Assembly (NCBI GenBank): GCA_965206595.1
Contig: OZ242214.1
Coordinates: 1,472,001 to 1,536,000 of the forward strand
Source of the DNA: Candidatus Latescibacterota bacterium
Lineage (GTDB): Bacteria; Latescibacterota; UBA2968; UBA8231
DNA: 64,000 nucleotides
Direction: 5' to 3'
The notes beneath the pieces are model-generated. The model worked only from the letters and a program-made list of their open reading frames with translations. It did no database searches and was not told where the DNA came from. This document shows positions 60,945 through 64,000 of this stretch, piece by piece. The translations under genes and the position numbers were made by a program. How positions within the stretch are numbered: position 1 is the stretch's first letter; the number at the start of each line of letters is the position of its first letter.

Positions 60945-61493
60945 GTGACCGCAAGCCGAAAAAAGAAAGCGACTGGGGGGCCGGAGTTGGCGAAGCGAAT
61001 CGACGCAGGCAATCTGGAGTTGGCAGAAGTGGTCGTACAGAATAGCGTCAGGCGCGTATCACACGTGAGGAAGGGCGGGCGCAATTTCAGCTTTTCCGCC
61101 ATGGTTGTGGTCGGTGACCGCAACGGACGTGTCGGTGTGGGCTCGGGGAAGGCTGGCGAGGTCGCCGAGGCGATACGCAAGGGGACCGAAAACGCCAAGA
61201 AGAACGTCGTCGAGGTACCCGTAGTCGACGGAACAATTCCCCACGAGATCGTCGGCAAGTTCAGCGCCGCCAAAGTGCTTCTGAAACCGGCCTCTCCGGG
61301 AACCGGAGTAATCGCCAGTGGCGGCATCCGTATCGTGCTCGACCTCGCTGGAGTTCATGACATCCTTACCAAGTCCCTCGGCTCATCGAATTCGCAGAAT
61401 ATGATCAAGGCTACCTTGGAAGGTCTTCGCGAGCTCCGAGGTGTCGAGGCGGTGGCGAGAATTCGCGGCGTTGCGGTCAAGGGTCTGCGATGA
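60945..61493 (+). CDS. rpsE: 30S ribosomal protein uS5
   Basis: [16 protein letters not shown] and [10 protein letters not shown] motifs; exact start uncertain. Confidence 0.96.
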   Translation: MTASRKKKATGGPELAKRIDAGNLELAEVVVQNSVRRVSHVRKGGRNFSFSAMVVVGDRNGRVGVGSGKAGEVAEAIRKGTENAKKNVVEVPVVDGTIPHEIVGKFSAAKVLLKPASPGTGVIASGGIRIVLDLAGVHDILTKSLGSSNSQNMIKATLEGLRELRGVEAVARIRGVAVKGLR

Positions 61494-61675
61494 AACTCGC
61501 GATCAGGCAAAGGAAGAGCGCCATCGGGAGGGCGAGGAAGCAGCAGCGGACACTGCAGGCCCTCGGCATCCGACGGATGCATCAGGAGGTGCTCCACGAG
61601 GACACTCCCCAGATCAGGGGTATGATCAGGTCGATCTCCCATCTCTTGGAAGTCAAGGAGATCGTCAACGGGTAA
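61490..61675 (+). CDS. rpmD: 50S ribosomal protein uL30
   Basis: [20 protein letters not shown] motif. Confidence 0.95.
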   Translation: MKLAIRQRKSAIGRARKQQRTLQALGIRRMHQEVLHEDTPQIRGMIRSISHLLEVKEIVNG

Positions 61676-61709
61676 TAGATCGAAGGAAAACAGCACGGTT
61701 TCTCACATT

Positions 61710-62174
61710 ATGGATTTGGGTAATCTCAAGCTGCCTAAAGGGGCTCGTCGAGCGGCCAAGCGTCGCGGCAAGGGTGTCGGCAGCGGCACCGGCAAGACCG
61801 CCGGCCGCGGTCACAAAGGACAGAGGTCCCGTTCGGGAGCACGGCGCGGAAGCCGCGTGGGGTTCGAGGGCGGACAGATGCCGCTGCACCGCAGGCTTCC
61901 CAAGATCGGGTTTTCCAACAAGCGGTTTCAACGTGTATACCAGATTGTCAACCTCGCCGAGATAGAGTCCCGCGGTCTCGAAGGGGAGGTGGGTCCTCCT
62001 GAAATGAAAGCCGCGGGGCTCATTCGCAAGGCGACTCTGCCCGTCAAGGTTTTGGGAGAAGGCACGTTGAGTCGTCCCTTGAAGGTCTTGGCCCATGCGT
62101 TTTCCATCTCGGCCAGGGAGAAAATCGGCGCAGCCGGGGGCAGCGCCGAAACGCTTGAAAATAGGTCCATCTAA
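61710..62174 (+). CDS. rplO: 50S ribosomal protein uL15
   Basis: GKTAGRGHKGQRSR and FEGGQMPL motifs. Confidence 0.98.
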   Translation: MDLGNLKLPKGARRAAKRRGKGVGSGTGKTAGRGHKGQRSRSGARRGSRVGFEGGQMPLHRRLPKIGFSNKRFQRVYQIVNLAEIESRGLEGEVGPPEMKAAGLIRKATLPVKVLGEGTLSRPLKVLAHAFSISAREKIGAAGGSAETLENRSI

Positions 62175-62183
62175 CGCAGCAAC

Positions 62184-63533
62184 ATGCCGGTTCTTCTCGA
62201 AAGCTTTCAAAACTGCTTCAAGATTCCCGATCTGAGACGGAAGATTCTGTTTACATGCGGTATCCTCATCATATACAGAATTGGAGGCCAGATTACGGTG
62301 CCGGGAGTAAACTCCGCGGTGCTGCAGGAGTTCTTCTCGGGTGGGGGAAACACCCTGTTCGGACTTTACGACATGTTCGTCGGCGGTGCCTTCACCAGAG
62401 CGACGGTTTTCGCCCTCGGTATTATGCCCTATATCAGCGCCTCAATCATTCTGCAGTTGATGGGCGCGGTGGTTCCCTTCTTCCAGAAACTGCAACGGGA
62501 AGGGGAAGAGGGACGCCGCAAGATCAATCAGTACACCCGCTACGGCACCGTGGTTCTCGCCGCGGCCCAGTCTTTGGGGGTCAGTTACTTCCTTGAGAGC
62601 ATTCGCGGCCCGGGTTCGGGCCTCGATGCCGTTATCGATCCGGGTATTGGTTTCCGGCTGATGACGATGCTGACGATAACGGCAGGAACGATTTTCATCA
62701 TGTGGCTCGGCGAACAGATAACCGAGCGAGGCATCGGCAACGGAATTTCCCTGATCATTTTCGTCGGTATCGTGGCAGAATTGCCCTTCGCGGTGAAGAG
62801 CGAGTGGCAGAACTACCTGCTCAACCGCGGCTTCAGTAAAAGCCTAATCGAGGAGATATTCCTCGTCGCTCTGATGGTCGTCATCGTCGCCTTCGTTGTG
62901 TTACTGACACAGGGACAGCGCAAGATACCGGTTCAGTACGCCAAGCGCGTTGTCGGACGGCGGGTTTACGGCGGACAGACGACTCACATTCCGCTGCGCA
63001 TCAATTCCGCCGGTGTTATCCCGATCATCTTCGCGCAGTCGATCATGTTTCTGCCCGGAACGGTGACCCAGTTCTTTCCGGAAAACGAAATGATGCAGTG
63101 GCTCGGGGCTTTTTTCACCATGGACTCCCTGTTCTACTGGGGGGTCTACGCCACCATGATCGTGTTCTTCTGCTATTTCTACACCGCGATCGTGATGGAT
63201 CCGAATCAACTCGCAGACAACATGAAACGGCATGGAGGCTTCATTCCGGGAGTGCGTCCTGGTAAACGCACGGCGATGTACATCGATCGCATCATGACCC
63301 GCATCACGCTTCCAGGCGCCATCGCCCTCGCAGCGGTGGCGATTTTCCCCTTTTTCGTGACGCGCCAGTTTCAGGTGACCCAGTCCTTCTCCCAGTTTTT
63401 CGGCGGCACGGGACTGCTCATCATCGTAGGGGTCGCTCTCGATACGCTGCAGCAGTTGGAATCGCAACTGATGACCCGCCACTACGAGGGGTTCATGAAG
63501 GGCGGCGGCAAGATTCGCGGCCGGCGCCAGTGA
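62184..63533 (+). CDS. secY: Preprotein translocase subunit SecY
   Basis: ALGIMPYISASII, GIGNGISL and FIPGVRPG motifs. Confidence 0.99.
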   Translation: MPVLLESFQNCFKIPDLRRKILFTCGILIIYRIGGQITVPGVNSAVLQEFFSGGGNTLFGLYDMFVGGAFTRATVFALGIMPYISASIILQLMGAVVPFFQKLQREGEEGRRKINQYTRYGTVVLAAAQSLGVSYFLESIRGPGSGLDAVIDPGIGFRLMTMLTITAGTIFIMWLGEQITERGIGNGISLIIFVGIVAELPFAVKSEWQNYLLNRGFSKSLIEEIFLVALMVVIVAFVVLLTQGQRKIPVQYAKRVVGRRVYGGQTTHIPLRINSAGVIPIIFAQSIMFLPGTVTQFFPENEMMQWLGAFFTMDSLFYWGVYATMIVFFCYFYTAIVMDPNQLADNMKRHGGFIPGVRPGKRTAMYIDRIMTRITLPGAIALAAVAIFPFFVTRQFQVTQSFSQFFGGTGLLIIVGVALDTLQQLESQLMTRHYEGFMKGGGKIRGRRQ

Positions 63534-63557
63534 GGCGGAATTGCCGGAGGTAGGGGA

Positions 63558-63674
63558 ATGAAAGTCAGGGCATCAGTAGGTAAACGTTGCTCCGAATGCA
63601 AAATCATCCGTCGCAACGGTACCGTCAGAGTGATATGCAAGCGCAACCCGCGGCACAAGCAACGTCAGGGTTGA
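63558..63674 (+). CDS. rpmJ: 50S ribosomal protein bL36
   Basis: [38 protein letters not shown] (below the ORF-track length cutoff). Confidence 0.97.
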   Translation: MKVRASVGKRCSECKIIRRNGTVRVICKRNPRHKQRQG

Positions 63675-63700
63675 CAGCAGACCTTGCAAGGAGAGATACC

Positions 63701-64000
63701 ATGGCACGCATAGCCGGCGTCGACCTGCCTCGAGACAAACGCGTACAGGTGGGATTGACCTACATCTACGGGATCGGGGGCACCTCGTCCGACAAGATTC
63801 TGGCCGAGTCTAACGTCGATCCCAACACCCGGATCAACGCGCTCACCGACGAAGAGCTGACGCGGCTGAGGAACATTATCGAGAGTAAGTACAAGGTCGA
63901 GGGGAGTCTGCGCGGGGAGGTCAACATGAATATCAAGCGCCTGATGGACATCGGGTGCTACCGCGGGCTACGACACCGGCGGGGATTGCCTGCAAACGGC
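63701..64000 (+). CDS. rpsM: 30S ribosomal protein uS13, 3' partial
   Basis: [26 protein letters not shown]...[12 protein letters not shown]; runs off the window end. Confidence 0.98.
   Translation, partial: MARIAGVDLPRDKRVQVGLTYIYGIGGTSSDKILAESNVDPNTRINALTDEELTRLRNIIESKYKVEGSLRGEVNMNIKRLMDIGCYRGLRHRRGLPANG

Overview
GC-rich bacterial chromosome segment, most likely from an FCB-superphylum organism (Gemmatimonadota/Latescibacterota-like). This placement is inferred from the RpoC motif [15 protein letters not shown] and is tentative. Bases 1-36.3 kb hold mixed housekeeping and metabolic genes: NAD repair, carB-[TPR/TonB_C lipoprotein]-pyrK-pyrD, rlpA, pcm, glycosyltransferases, 2-hydroxy-acid enzymes, infC, zapA, lhgO-[Rid-like]-larA, dinB and ygfZ. 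Three IS elements lie in this part: an IS630 splitting a PhyH-type dioxygenase, an intact IS4 with a 9-bp target duplication, and a decayed IS3. Bases 36.5-64 kb hold greA, three tRNAs and the rpmG-secE-nusG-rplKAJL-rpoBC, str, S10 and spc clusters, running into rpsM. Main points of interest: (1) a translationally coupled lhgO / divergent Rid-fold gene with an in-frame UGA / LarA-family operon; (2) rplC cleanly missing from the S10 operon and sitting about 36 kb away with its own predicted promoter and terminator; (3) a candidate ~75-nt sRNA or attenuator upstream of zapA, bounded by a near-consensus promoter and a terminator; (4) natural substitutions in the RpoB rifamycin pocket; (5) a 1063-aa lipoprotein with TPRs, three 111-bp repeats and a TonB C-terminal domain inside the pyrimidine operon. 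All functional calls come from motif recognition by eye; no searches were run.
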